A stretch of 64,000 nt of DNA, taken from Lepidodermella squamata. Lineage: Eukaryota > Animalia > Gastrotricha. The stretch lies in contig JBLDXI010000055.1 of the NCBI GenBank assembly GCA_047495785.1, positions 62,001 to 126,000 on the forward strand, given 5' to 3'. This document shows, piece after piece, positions 51,301-64,000 of this stretch. The notes under the pieces were generated by a model. It was given only the letters and a program-made list of their open reading frames with translations. It had not been told where the DNA came from and ran no database searches. Position 1 is the stretch's first letter. Each line of letters opens with the position of its first letter. Made by a program: the position numbers and the translations under genes.

Positions 51301-54300
51301 ACAACAACCCTCCGGCTGGAGCTAAGCCAAAGGCATCCTGCGGCCCGGCTCCAATCATTGCCAATGCGGCTGCGATCCCATCATTCAACCGAGGTTTCAG
51401 CATGGAAGGTGATACGGTTACCTTTCAATGCCAGAATGGTTACAACATGCGTGGTGCGGCGACAATTTACTGCTCGGTATTGGGACAGTGGTCGACGCCG
51501 GCGACTTGCGATGGTGAATTTTCAATGCTTTGATTCATTCGATTTGATTGATTTTTCATTTTTACAGCCAATCCACCTGCCACTCCCACAATTGGAAGCT
51601 GCGGCCCAGCGCCTCGCCTGCCCCATGCTGCCCTAACTACCAGCTTTACCCAGCAACAGAGCAGTGTCGGTGATACTGCGACTTATACCTGTGATAACGG
51701 CTACGTTCTCGAGGGCCCTAGCACGATTTTCTGTGTCGCCCGTGGTTACTGGAGCCCACTTCCAGCCTGTCGCGAGAACCCGACCGCAGCCCCGAAACCA
51801 GCACCCGCTCCCAATCCGAACCCAACGCCTACGAAAACTTGCCCTGAACCACCATTCCTTGTCGACGGCGAGTATTTCAAGGGTTTCACGGGAAATGCCA
51901 CTTCAGGGGCAGTCGTGTATTACCGATGCAATTCCGGGTTCAAGTTATCCGGATCGGACCAGAGCATTTGCACTGATACTGGTATATGGCGATCTGTCAA
52001 CGGCGCTCCTTACTGCACGAAACAGCCTAGTCCTAACCAACCGCCGCCACAGCCAACGTCAATGGCTGGAACTAACGGATGCTTCCCGCCTCCTGAGGTG
52101 ATGAACGGGCAAGCAATTCGTTACTACACGAAGGATCCGCCACAACCCGGGTCGTATGTCGTATACGAATGTGACACTGGTTACCAGATCAGTGGATCCC
52201 CGTCGATTGTTTGCCAGGCTGATTTCACGTGGTCGCCAACGCCTCGCTGTCTCTCCGCGACTCCAAGTTCGCTGACATGCGGCGAGCCGCCTCAGATTCC
52301 CAACGCTAAAGCGGATAAATTTTACAGCGGAACTCGATCAGCCCCAGGTGACTACGTCGCTTATGACTGCACGACTGGTTACGAGCTGCAGGGTGTTCCA
52401 ACCTCTGTCTGCCAGGACACTGGTGACTGGAGCCGCCCACCCGTCTGCCAGCTTGTTTCCTGCGGCGCCGCTCCGGCTACGATTAACGGCGTCATCGCCG
52501 GGCAGACCTTCATCAACCCGAACAGTCGAACTGGCGACCAGGTTCAGTACAAATGCGTCGCTGGCTACATGATGCCGGCTGGTGCGGATTCGATGATCAC
52601 GTGCCAGACTGGCGGCCAATGGAGCCCAGTGCCGCTTTGTATTCCAGAGCCTACGACACCTAGGCCAAGAACTACGCGAACTTCTACAACAAACTCTCGT
52701 AAATTCTAGGATTTTCTTTCGATTTCGAGATTTTTTTAATTTATTTTTTTGTAGCAGCAACTTGCGGCCAACCTCCAGCGGTTGCGAATGCTGTGACGGT
52801 TCCGTTATTCTCGGGTAGCCAGAGTCGCATTGGCGATTCAGTGTCGTACCAGTGCCAGACGCCCAAGTACGAAATGGTCGGGTATCCAGTTATTTACTGT
52901 CTCAGCAACGGAAAATGGTCCCCAACTCCGACATGCCAATGGCACCACCACCACCCGCCAATTGGCATGCCATTCCCGCCACCTCCACCGCCGCCACCAC
53001 CACCGCCTATGATGCAGCAAGCCCCGCCTCGCCCAGCCCTCACCTGCCCCATGCCACCATCTGTCCTAAACGGAAATATCCTGCCGACGAAACAGCCCAA
53101 CTTTGTTACGTTCAGGTGCTTCGATGGTTTCCGCCTAGCCGGAACTCCATTCGCGGTTTGCGAATGCACGACCTCCGACAACGTCTGCATGTGGACACCG
53201 GCGCCGAAATGTGAGGAGGTCAACATCACGACTACGCTGGCGCCTGGAAAGTCGCCTAACGTTCAGGTTAACCAAGCTGCCGTAACGTCAACTACCACGA
53301 CGGTTGCGCCGCCAACCTGCGGCCCGGCGCCGATGATTGCCTTCGGTTCTTGCATGATTGTTCCGCCGGATTTCGACGACACCACCAGCGATAACACAAC
53401 TACTCAAGCGCCGGTTCAGCGGGCTCCGCAGTTGTTGGCTCAGAAGGGCGATCGAGCTCATTGCCAGTGCTACAGCAACTACGACTTGCAAGGACCGCCG
53501 AACGTTTACTGCCAGAGCGAGTGAGTTTTTGGTCTAGTTTTAAGGCGGATTTATATTACTAATCTTTTTCGCAGTTTGACTTGGAGTATTGCGCCAAAAT
53601 GTATCAGCCAAGTTTCGGCGCGTGCCTATCGTGTTTCAACCTCGACAACAACGCAAGCAACTACTCCCAACCTGCAAATCAACGGTAAATCCAGCGAATC
53701 TTTTTGATTTGAAGTTTAATTAGATTTTTATAGCTGCCTCTGGACCGAATAGTGGAACTGCTGGTTGCGGACCCGCTCCAATTGTTCCATTTGGTTACAT
53801 CGTAACGCCCTACTTCACATCAGCCAGCTATTTCGGCGCAGTTGCCTCTTACGTTTGCCAACCTGGCTTCCAGCTGAGTGGGCCATCGCCAGTCGCTTAC
53901 TGCCTTCAGAACGGCTTCTGGTCTACCCCACCTGTTTGCTGCAATCCAATTATGCCTGTTTTGATGTGCTCAGGCGGTAATCAAATGACAACAACTGTAA
54001 TAACTAGCACAACTACGAAACTTGCTATACAAAACTTGGCTGCTGTGACGACAACTGGAACTGTCAAAACTACAACAACAGCGAAAGCTGCGATGGCGAA
54101 CCAGCAGGGTTCAGCTACTACGACGACTGCGAGATCTACGAACGCAACTCGGGCGATTCAGCCCGCCAATGCTGCTGGCCCGTGTTCGCAAGCTGCAACT
54201 ACGACCAGTACTTTGCCGCCTTGCGCTACGACTCCGACTACGACGGCTCAGTCGCCTTGCTCCGGGACAACGCCATCGGCTGGTTGCAGGCAGCAGCAGC

Positions 54301-57260
54301 AGCAACAGCAGGCGACCGGGGTTCCTGCCGGGTTTGCCTCAACAACACCGGGGCTGAGGCGAACTACTATAAGCTCGGATTCGCTCTGTTTGAATTCGTC
54401 AGATAGAAGGCCGTGTCGCGGTAGCCAAATCGCGAAGGCGTGGCGAACCGTTTTCCCGCTAGCCTGGTTTTCGGTCCCAGCTGCCGCCCCTCGCCAGTCC
54501 AATCACGAGAACAATGCTGCCGAGTCCGGCCGTTCGAACCCGAGCGGCTTTGCCGGGTTCTGTTGCGGCCGGCCGCCTATTGTCAACTACGCCACGCCAG
54601 TTGACCTTGAACCGATTCTGCACGACGACTTTGTGGTCAAGACTATAGCTAGTCATGTCCACGGTTTAACCCGGGCCGATTCTAAGACGCAACGCCGCTT
54701 GTCGGCCTTACTGCACGACAGCAAAGCAGCAGAGCGTAGCAAACAATGTAAGTCTAGAAAATCATATAAGATTACCGATGTAATATCTTGACTTTTTTCT
54801 AGCTGCTCCTAAGATTTACTGCGTTGGTGACTCAATCTCATACATCTGTGACGAGGTGAGTGTCTTTTATTCTGATTTTGAAAAGTAATAGTTTTCAAAT
54901 TTTCAGGGCATGGAATTAACTGGCCCGGCCATTGTCTCTTGTCTCATGTCTGGTCGGTGGTCTTTGATGCCTACCTGCCAACCTATCTCTAGCAGTGGCT
55001 TCGACGAGAGCCGCCAAGGATTTAGCGACGTTGACATGGTACTCCGAAACGGTAATGAATTCGTATTTTTTTGCTCGATCCTGTTTCAATTTTTTATTTT
55101 TAGATGTGCAAAATGACGACCGTACTCCACCTCGTGATTCATGCGGCGGGGCGCCTCCGACCGTTTTGAACGGTGTTGTGGTTGACCAGTCCTTCAAAGA
55201 CCGGTTCAGCCGCATTGGCGATACGGCGACGTACGACTGCGAGCCAGGTTTCCGCATGGAGGGCTACAAAACCGTATTCTGCCTGTCGCATGACAAATGG
55301 TCGCCGCTGCCTGTCTGCGAGCGAGATTTGCCTCTATGCAGCGCAACGCCGCCTCATGTGCCCCATTCGAAGGTTACGATCACGCGTGCAGCTGGTAGCA
55401 CGAATAAAACTGCGACCAAAGTCGGCGACAGTGCGACTTATGTTTGCGACCCGGGCTTCGTCTTAGACGGACATCCAGTTTCTTACTGCTTGGCAAACGG
55501 CGAATGGACCCCGCCACCAGATTGCGACGGTTAGTTATTCAATTAAGAATTTTTAAAGGAGGATTTATGTTCATCTTTTATACAGAACTCGCTTGCTCGG
55601 AACCGAAGTTGGAAAAAGGTTCCGTTAACTTCGAATCTCTCGCCATCGGCTCTTCAGCGTTTTTCTCTTGCGACGAAGACTACGAGCTGGTCGGTCCATC
55701 GACAGCTAATTGCCTGCAGAATGCCACGTGGACAGCGTTCCCCAAGTGCGCCGGACCTTTCCGTTGCCGATGGGGAGGCCGAGTGCCTGGCGCAGATGGC
55801 CGCGAAATCAGTATCGATGCGAAAAATACTACGCCTGATAAACATCAAAAACTGCCGAGTGGCTCGTTGGCAATTTTCACGTCGTTGCCTCTTCAATGCT
55901 CGGGTTTGATCAAAAAGTGGAATTTATGGAACGCCGCGGCTGGCAACGTGGTGGTTTACGCTGACGTCTGGCGCTTCGCAAACTCAAGCAATGAATCAGA
56001 AGATCCGGAACAGCCTGGCGAGATGTTCGTACTCATCGGCAGCAACAGGCTTGCTCTGGAGTCTCCAGGCGCGCAATCTATCGCGATCGAGCCGGGTTTC
56101 CAGGTGTTCGCTGAGGTCGGTGATTTCGTTGGAATTCGGTACGAACGCAGCGCATCACAGCAGAACCTCCCAGCCGCGATATCGCTGATACCTAGCTCTG
56201 GTCAGCAGGTCCTTATTAGCAACGTTTACCCATCTACCTTTATGGTCAACACTGGCTATTCGTTTGGAGCAAGTGCTTCGTACAAAACAGGCATTCCATT
56301 GCTATCGGCTGTTGTGGAAGATGGTTAGTTTTCAGAAAAGATTTGATAGATTTAAAGTGACCATTTTTTTATTGCAGTTCAAGAGTTACCTTACGGCCCT
56401 TGCGTTGCTAACAAAACCCGCTGCCCGGCTAATGCGGAATGTATGGCCCGGAGCTGCGCTGGGTTTGGCTGTGTCTGCACTGAAGGATATTGGCCGAACG
56501 GAAACCGAACAAAATGCTTGCGAGCCGTTGAACTCGGCGAGCAATGCACTTCGGGCGACGTTGCCTGCTCAGGCTACAACGTCCAATGCTCGGCGGAAAC
56601 TGGCCGATGCGCGTGCTGGGACGACTGGGTGCCGGCTAAAGACGGCCGTCGCTGCGTTCGCCGCTTGGCCAACTCAGCTGAACCGCAGGCTTTGCTCAAT
56701 GAAACTTGCACGCTGACCTCCGCGCGGGCGTGCTATTTCGGCCGCTTCGACCAGGAGTGCGCGAAGGGCGGCGACTCGGAGCTGCGATGCAGGTGCCGTA
56801 GCGGCTATAGGCCTGCGTCATCGACGGAGCGGCGCGCCTTCCCAGATGACGGCTTTGAATGCCGCCCTAATAGCTACAACCTCGGTGAGTTCTTACATAT
56901 TTCATGAGTCATTTCTTTAACGGCTTTAACAATAATTTAGCCACCTCCCCAACTGACAGCAGCTGCTCTTCGGAGGAGGGCCAAACTGGAGCTCTAACGT
57001 CCAACTTGTATGGCGTCGAGCGGTATTTAGAGAATATGGTTGGGTCTAATGGTGGCCTCGTCGGCGTGTTGGCAATGATATGCGTAATTGCGGCAGTTGG
57101 CACACTGATAATTGTAGCAATGGTTCGGCATCAAAGGCGGTTGGCGAGGAAAAAGTCGCGCCTATTTGTCGCAGTGCCATCGAACCCGACGCAACAGATG
57201 CGGCTGCGCCCGATCGCCGTTATCAGCAATCAGCGCCGAGACTTGTCATCAGCTCATTGA
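39368..57260 (+). CDS. Giant type I membrane protein (~5000+ aa): signal peptide, 9 unassigned repeat domains, 2 MAM, ~34 sushi/CCP, Thr/Pro-rich linkers, ~3 EB/EGF-like Cys modules, TM, short tail
   Basis: Signal MNPSVLVAIVYFFATLDFVNA; MAM motifs (SCNFTDTLCG..CLSFY; CSFDDSKCG..SFYFHMYG..IAVDQV); repeated CGxxP..GD.V.Y.C..G..L.G...I.C...G.WS..P.C; the introns I checked keep the frame through to TM GLVGVLAMICVIAAVGTLIIVAMV-RHQRR and stop 57258-57260. The single-gene model is inferred. Confidence 0.82.
45625..45922 (+). ncRNA. SRP RNA (7SL), copy 2, inside intron 45453-46037 of the giant gene
   Basis: About 96% identical to 4462-4760 (12 substitutions counted by eye); same helix 6 and helix 8 motifs; TATAAA ~28 nt upstream; T5 terminator. 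Confidence 0.92.
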
Positions 57261-59255
57261 AATGCCGTTTGCTCATTTTATCATAAAACGATACCTGATG
57301 ATTTTATTTCAAAGGTGGCAATAATCATCAAATTATAGTATAAATAAAATAATCTATCAGCCTATTATTATTATTACTATTATTAATATAAAAATGTATA
57401 AAATTATTATGATCTCCAAACATTGTGCGCTATTTGCTCAAATCTTGTTAAAGGTTGTTCTAGATTTTAGCGATAATTTATTGCCGTTTAAATCGAAAAA
57501 ATGCTGTTAAACTTGTCTTCTAATGCTCATCTTCTTGTCTTCGCGCTGTGTCATTGTCGTTTGAAATGTCGCAAATTTGTCAGCGATGATTCGGCGCTGT
57601 TTTACGTTCTATTCGAAAATAAAATATGAGGTGTGCTTGTTACAAAAAAACATGTTTTTCAGCAATTTCAAGTCGGCGAGATCAATTATTTGTTCGCTTC
57701 AGCTCGACGATGCATATTAAAGATCCCGACTTATTCACGCTTAGAGATCTGAGCGTTGAAATGTAGGTTTAGCAATTATTTAATCTGGTGGAAGTGCATT
57801 AACCAAAAGTGCCTTACGTAAGCGCTCAACCTTGAAGTTTAACACCAAAAGATGCCACGCTAGTTTTTTGCTGAATTATTTACATGTCGAGATTGGTGCA
57901 TACCGCTTTTTTCGAACGGTGTAAAAAAACAAGCATCAATCATGGTTTGGCGTGATTTTTACATCAGTAATCGTTAGAACGTCTTATCTATTGCGCTTCT
58001 TCGGCTGATCCCTGATGTAAAAGATACTGCTAATAACATAATATCTCATGCGATTTATAACCGCGCGCTGATCGATGATGCGCAGACTAGCAAATTACCC
58101 TGACCTGTTGAAAGACTTTCGCGCAGAAGCTTTCTTCGATCAGTTAATAATTAACGGTATTTTTCATCACCGCAGCTAGTTTCGTCAGCTGATGCTTACG
58201 TTTCAAGGCCCGACGCATGGCCGGCTATCATGTTTTCCCAAAAACATAATGCTGCATGAATGGAGAGCCACTATACTTCTTGACTCTTATAGTTTTATCA
58301 ACATCGCTGTGTCTATCGTTTATTTGTAGCGTTAATGCTATTAGAGTCGATTCCTTATTCTCCGTCTTATAACCGACTCTTATTATACACCTATAATAGT
58401 TTGTCGTCTTCTTCGGTTCGCGACGCTATGAAAGGCACACATACAAGCTAAACAAAAGCTACGTTTTAAACATGCACAGCTGCTGACAGGAAGCTAGAAC
58501 GTTTCCGTGAGGGAAGTCCTATATTCGGCATAATTTGTACGATTATTTTCAGAAAAACCCAGCAGCTGTTCGACCATTACGTTTTTATTTTCTCTTCGAA
58601 TTTTGTTTTCGGTGTCCTGATATCGCATGTTGATGATCTCGCAACAACTGGATAAAAACGGTGTTATTATTTCATATCGCCAATATCACTCGTCCGCATA
58701 AATAATGCATAATTTCGCTAATGTATCATCGGCCAAACACTGACCATAGATTTTTTCGCGCACGCGAGCTTTTGACACTTTAATTCCCAACAGGTGCGCC
58801 GAAATTGATTCTATAAATCGGTGTTCGTAAATTACGATTCGACTGCACTTAGAAATAATTGCACTGGGCGCAGTCGCGTCGCAGTGTAATATTTAATCGA
58901 TGAGCTAGAGCCTGCCGGAAAATGCTGCTTGTGCTTTTCACTGGCCCCCCTCCCGCCTAGTTTGCCGAATCGATAATAGATTTTTGGCGAATAAAAAATT
59001 TTGCTCTCGCAAAGTACAATGGGCGAATACAAGCTTGCTCACACCTAACGTCACGCGATGTAAGAGCCGCGCGTAAAACAAACAAGAAAACCGCGTATGA
59101 CAGTTATACCTGTTGGCGCTCGACAATCGCCACTGATGCCAAATATTACTGCTATATTGTATTGTAAGCAAAAGACAACGGCGCACTTCAGTCCTTCAGT
59201 CCTCCTACTAAAAAAATGCTGTAATCAGTTAGTATTTTTGGGATAACAAAAAAAA

Positions 59256-61423
59256 ATGATTGCGACGATTGAGGACTTTTCGATCGCTGGCAGTCCGTCG
59301 ATGCGAATTGATGGCAAAAAACGCCCAGCCCAGCCGCAGTGGAGGCGAACAACTGCCAGTGGCCAGGACCAGCAACCGCAGCGACAACATCACTGCATAC
59401 TACGCCTCGCTGCTTTCGACCTCCTTTTCCACGGCGACCCATTTGTCGGAATGCTGCGAACCGATCGATCAACCCGAGTTGTTTGCTGTTCAAGAATGGC
59501 ACTTACAAAGTTGTTACTACAGCAATTTGAAGATTTCCCCGAATCCCCGCCTGATCTCAGCTCAATATTAACACCTTTCGGTCGTCGCTTGTTGATGATT
59601 TCGCAAATTCGTGATTTTGACTTGATGTCATTCTGGAAGTTCTACCCTCACAATCAAAGGCCCCGAGACCAACCGGAGCGGCTTGTTGCCAACGCTTTTT
59701 CTTACATTGACGCTGACAACGTGATCTGGGAATTCGGGAAGTGTTCGGTTTGCCCGGCGTTGCCGACTAATCGCCATACGAAGCGATTTATCCGAAAGCC
59801 TCCGTGTTGCCGGCGCTCGATTTGCCAGATATGCTGGCAGTATTATATTCGGTCAAGTAGCAGCCACGATGCGCTTGCCGTTCAGCTTTACGGAATGTAC
59901 TGCCTCCATTGCTATGGCTGCTCAAAATTAGTGCCGTACAGCGAGGCCCTGGTTTGCACAGAACCGGATGATTTGAACCTAGTCCGCCGGCCCGATTACT
60001 ACCCACCTCCTGGTGATGGTGTTCAGAAGCTACGGTGTCCGGTTTGCTTGATCAATGCCCCGCCTATGAGCGAAGAGACGCGACGCAACGGCCGGCGGCA
60101 GAAGGGTGGCAACCCGCACAGGTGTGCCCGCTGTGGTCACGGTTATTGCAGTTTCTGTGGCAATGCGTGGCACCTCAAGGCAACTTGCGACGAAATGACC
60201 GGCGCGAGTGAGATGGCAATAAAAGAATGGGCGAAATCTCAAAATTTCAACTCCGAAAAGTTACAGGTAAATTTCATTACAAATGTTCCTTTACTTTTTC
60301 GCGCTCTTCTTCCTGAAATATCTAAATCACATGGTTATTTTTGGTCACTTGTTTATTCTTTATTCTCCAATTATAAATTTCGCGTTTTTCGCATAGTCGC
60401 GCAATTCTAGCAAAAAGAGGAGAACATATTTTCTTATTTTATTGTCTGAGGGGGTGTGGTCGGCCGTAGCATTCTAGTCTTGACAAATCGCCTTGATTGT
60501 AGCTACCTTTTGGGGACATTAAATCTCTGCGTATTCGCGCATAAAATTGTTTACTCCAAAAATTGATGCCGTAAAATTTCGTATAATTTCAGACTGAACT
60601 TGAGACTCTAGCCGACAAAGAAATTGAAGTTGACAAAGTAAAAACCTCACAAACTTTCGTTTTTCTCTATTGTTCAGCTTTACGTTTCGTGGAGTATTGC
60701 ATATCAGATGATCCTTTTTGCCTAAATTTTCGATTATTATCGTTTCTGCTTTGGTTATATGAGCTTGTTTCAAAATCAAATCGATCTTTGAAAGTGAATT
60801 GCTTGATTTTGAATTATAAGTTATTCACGGCGAAATTATTTCATTCTCAATATATAACAGAGCCCCTGGAAAATGAAAATCCCCTCCACTAGTAGCTAGA
60901 CCCCTGATATCGTTGGAGTTTCCCCGTTATATTGCATACAGTCAAGTTCCTGAGTTGATAAACTGTGGGAAATAGCAAGAAATTGGGGCTTTTGATTCGA
61001 ACTCTATGTTTTGCTCAGAATTCAATTTTTTATTTATCAAATGACCTATATATTATTTTTTGCTAATAGAATGCGCAGCGTTGTCCGAGTTGCAAGATGT
61101 GGCTGAGCCTGACCAGCAACTGCACAGGAATGAACGTTCAGTGCAAATGCGGTACCGACTTCTATTACTGCTGTGGCTGGGAGCGAGGCATCGACTTCCT
61201 TCACTACGAGTGCGCCTACAGCCGGTACATTCCGTTCGTGTCATGCCCCAAATTATGGCAATCATCCCGAGAGCGCATCCTATCTCATATCGCTATTTTG
61301 ATCGGTCTCATCTTGTTCAGTCCGGTTTTGATCATATTATCACCCTGCATCATCATATTTTGCTGCTTTTTCTACAACCTAAAACCAACGTCTTCATCGC
61401 CTCAACCTACAACAAAACGATGA
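59256..61423 (+). CDS. RNF217-like RBR ligase (paralogue 2), 2 exons, 803 bp intron
   Basis: RING1 CSVC..PPCCRRSICQIC..CYGC; IBR CPVC..CARCGHGYCSFC..H..C; intron 60267-61069; NAQRCPSC..NCTGMNVQCKCGTDFYYCCG; TM tail. Start codon uncertain. Confidence 0.82.
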
Positions 61424-62505
61424 CCTCTCAATAAAAAACCTAGTCTGGTTCAGAGAACTCTAAGTTATAATCATGTACAATAAGAATAATATATTATATA
61501 AAGCAGCATAATTTCATTCAGCAAAGGTCATGCTGCGTTTGAAGAGAGTCCCGCTTTTTTGAAGATTCATCAAAAAAGTTCATCAAACTACCTCGAGACG
61601 ATGAACTTGCAATTATACTGTTTTTTGCTTTGATTTGTGAAGTGCGCGTTTCAACAAGCTCGGATATTTTTTTGAAAGAGAGAAGCGTCTGAATAAAAAA
61701 AACTGGCGCAGGACACACCGCGTGTATTTGTTACTATACATAATTTGAATTAAATTGTTTCATGGCAACAGGTAAAAAGAAAGAAATTGCGTCAATTTCT
61801 TGTCCTTTTCGCGTAAATATCGTAATTCTCAATGAGCAGAGCCAGTTTTACAGGTCAATGGGTGTCTGCGCTGTCAAAAAAATAGAATGGACCGTCGTTT
61901 TCCAGTTCGAAGATTTCCCGATCAATTGTTTTTTAGTATAACAAGAGTATTAAATAGCTTTTATATTGCTCATTATTCACTATTTGCAATTCCCAAGTGC
62001 GTTGTTTATTATTTTAAACACAGCCGGCTCGAGTATGGATGTGCGATTCTGCTATACAAAAGCATATCTCCATGATATTAAGCCTGCCTTTTTCAATAAA
62101 AATTGCCGCCCAGAACAAATAAAATATGGGCGCTGTAGTATGGGAACCTGGACGATGCACCTGCAATCGACATTCTAGAGAGCACCCATAAATATTAACT
62201 TCGTTCGTTCTTTACATCATCTAACAAATAGTTTCACCGAAAGGTATGACGGTGCTCAGATGAGAAGTAATCTATATATACCTATAGGGTGATTTTTCTG
62301 TGTTCAAATTCTAAAATTCTGACGGTATGCCTTAGTGCAAACACACTTGATTAATCGGAAGCGAAAGTTCATATAGGCGGTCCATTATTCTTCCTGGAAA
62401 CGAAAGCACGGACAGCATTTTTCGCGTGCAGAGGTGTAGTTCAGCCTTAAAGCGTCCGAATTTTCATGCTTTGATTTTAAACTTTAAATATTTTTTTAGC
62501 TGCTT

Positions 62506-64000
62506 ATGAAGTTTGAAGACAGTTGCGATTACCCGCAACAACCGCGGAAGAGATCGCAATCGGTTCCATCAAATTTCGAATTACCTACAATCAGCACCGA
62601 GTTCCGACTTAGGCGCCTACAGAGTATATCCATAAATGTACTCGAAACTCATGGCAATTCCATCAATGAGTTATCTGACATGGGAGAAGCTGCAGCGATA
62701 CTCAACTCATCTGATGAAGAAGAGGCAGCTGAAATTCGCCAGTTGATTCTGCAACAAAACCAAATTATGGCAGAGAATATATTCCGAGTACCACATAAAT
62801 GCCCTGTTTCCAGCGAGGACGACCCTCTTGCCGGAATTTTCAAGTACAAACCGTCATGTTGCGCAATGCGTGATTATATGGACATGCCCCCTGATCTACC
62901 TGCCCACGATTTGAGGCGAAGATTAACCCAATACGGACTACGGCTTCACACGTATCACATGCAATCCGAAGTTCAGCTCGACAACATAGCGGCCGAATAT
63001 TGGCTAGAGACTGAGAAGCCTATCGACCGAGACGCTTTTTGCAAGCTGCTAAAAGCGACAACTCAGCATACCGACCAGGATAAAGTTCAATGGTGCTTCG
63101 ATAGCTGCTCTGTATGCCTGGCTGATTTTCGTTTCGTTCGAAAGCCTTCGTGTTGTGAAAGCGGAATCTGCCAGATTTGCTGGCAGAATTTCGTTAGAAA
63201 CTCAGCGAAATCTTCAATGCTAACCTACCAAATAACGGGGCTATACAACCTACGATGCTACAACTGTGATAAACTTGTGCCTTATAGCGAAGCTCTCGGC
63301 TGCACTGAGCCGGAAGACATGGTCTTAATACGGCCGAGAAATTCCGAGGGAACCTGGTCAGCACGTTGCCCGGTTTGTCTGAAATTAGCTCCACCTGTGA
63401 TAGCGAACAGTATTGTTCAAACGCCGAAAAGCCGGCGTTTCTCCGTCATCGCCCGATCTGATCTGCGGAAATCGCCTAAATCTGCTGAATCTTTGACACT
63501 CGTTAAAAAGCAGAGGCGAAAGAAAGGTGGCCATCCGTATGCTTGCGACCGATGTGGCAATGTCTACTGCCGTCTTTGTGGTAACTCCAATCATGCAACA
63601 ATGTCATGCGATCAGGTAACAGCAACTGAGGCCGGCCTGATTCAATGGTCCAAACAAAAGGGAGAGTTTTTGAATCCAGATTTCCCGGTTTGTTCACCCT
63701 CTAAACTATGATAGAGAGTGATGTTTTCTTTTTTCAGAACGCTCGGCATTGCCCTTTTTGCGGTATTATGGTGAGTCATTCAGGCGGCTGCCCTCATATG
63801 AAATGTCCTTGCGGGAAAGAATTTTGCTACGCCTGTGGTCATAAATACTACAACCTGCCGTTCCTACGCAGCCATTCGACTTCGAAGCTTCTACCACTAA
63901 TTTCATGCCCGAAGAGATGGAAATCAAAACACCAGCGTCGACTGGTTCATTGCGCTGTTTCAATGGGACTGATTCTCGGGGCAGGTCCCCTTCTCATAGG
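62506..64000 (+). CDS. RNF217-like RBR ligase (paralogue 3), 3' end outside the window
   Basis: RING1 CSVC..PSCCESGICQIC..CYNC; IBR CPVC..CDRCGNVYCRLC..H..C; intron 63688-63737; canonical RING2 NARHCPFC..GGCPHMKCPCGKEFCYACG. Confidence 0.85.

Noticed and set aside
39599-57103. Many antisense and alternate-frame ORFs over the giant gene, GPCRs and acidic exon
   Set aside because: Shadow frames of GC-richer coding DNA with no motifs of their own.
58067-58143. Stem-closed segment (CTGATCGA/TCGATCAG) with ATGATG and CTGA, a possible C/D snoRNA or SECIS
   Set aside because: Imperfect box C, no terminal box D next to the stem, and no UGA-containing selenoprotein upstream.
60447-60906. Possible MITE in the long intron of RBR paralogue 2 (ends ..AGCTAGACCCCTG)
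   Set aside because: The left end matches poorly and no TSD was found.

Overview
Gene-dense window from an invertebrate animal genome with mostly 50-65 nt GT-AG introns and AT-rich intergenic DNA; the organism cannot be named from sequence alone. Left to right: a 5'-truncated TPR + 3xRRM gene; a Pol III cluster (tRNA-iMet, tRNA-Thr(CGU), SRP/7SL RNA); two divergent GABA-B-like class C GPCRs flanking an atypical Rab; an RNF217-like RBR ligase; SERINC; Rab8; NDUFB2; a secretory 2-Cys peroxiredoxin; a divergent hexokinase; a nested hAT MITE; Prune followed by an acidic BNIP2/BCH gene; SF3B4; an OTU pseudogene; an ~18 kb gene for a giant type I membrane protein; and two more RNF217-like genes. 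The giant protein has ~34 sushi/CCP domains, 2 MAM domains, 9 copies of a domain I cannot assign, furin-type sites and Cys-rich modules, and one of its introns contains a second SRP RNA gene. Best leads: the giant receptor and its unassigned repeat domain, the two SRP RNA paralogues (UAAC helix-8 loop, compensatory Alu-domain changes), the probably GTPase-impaired Rab, and the RNF217 expansion with altered catalytic motifs. Exon structures and domain calls were made by eye, without database searches.
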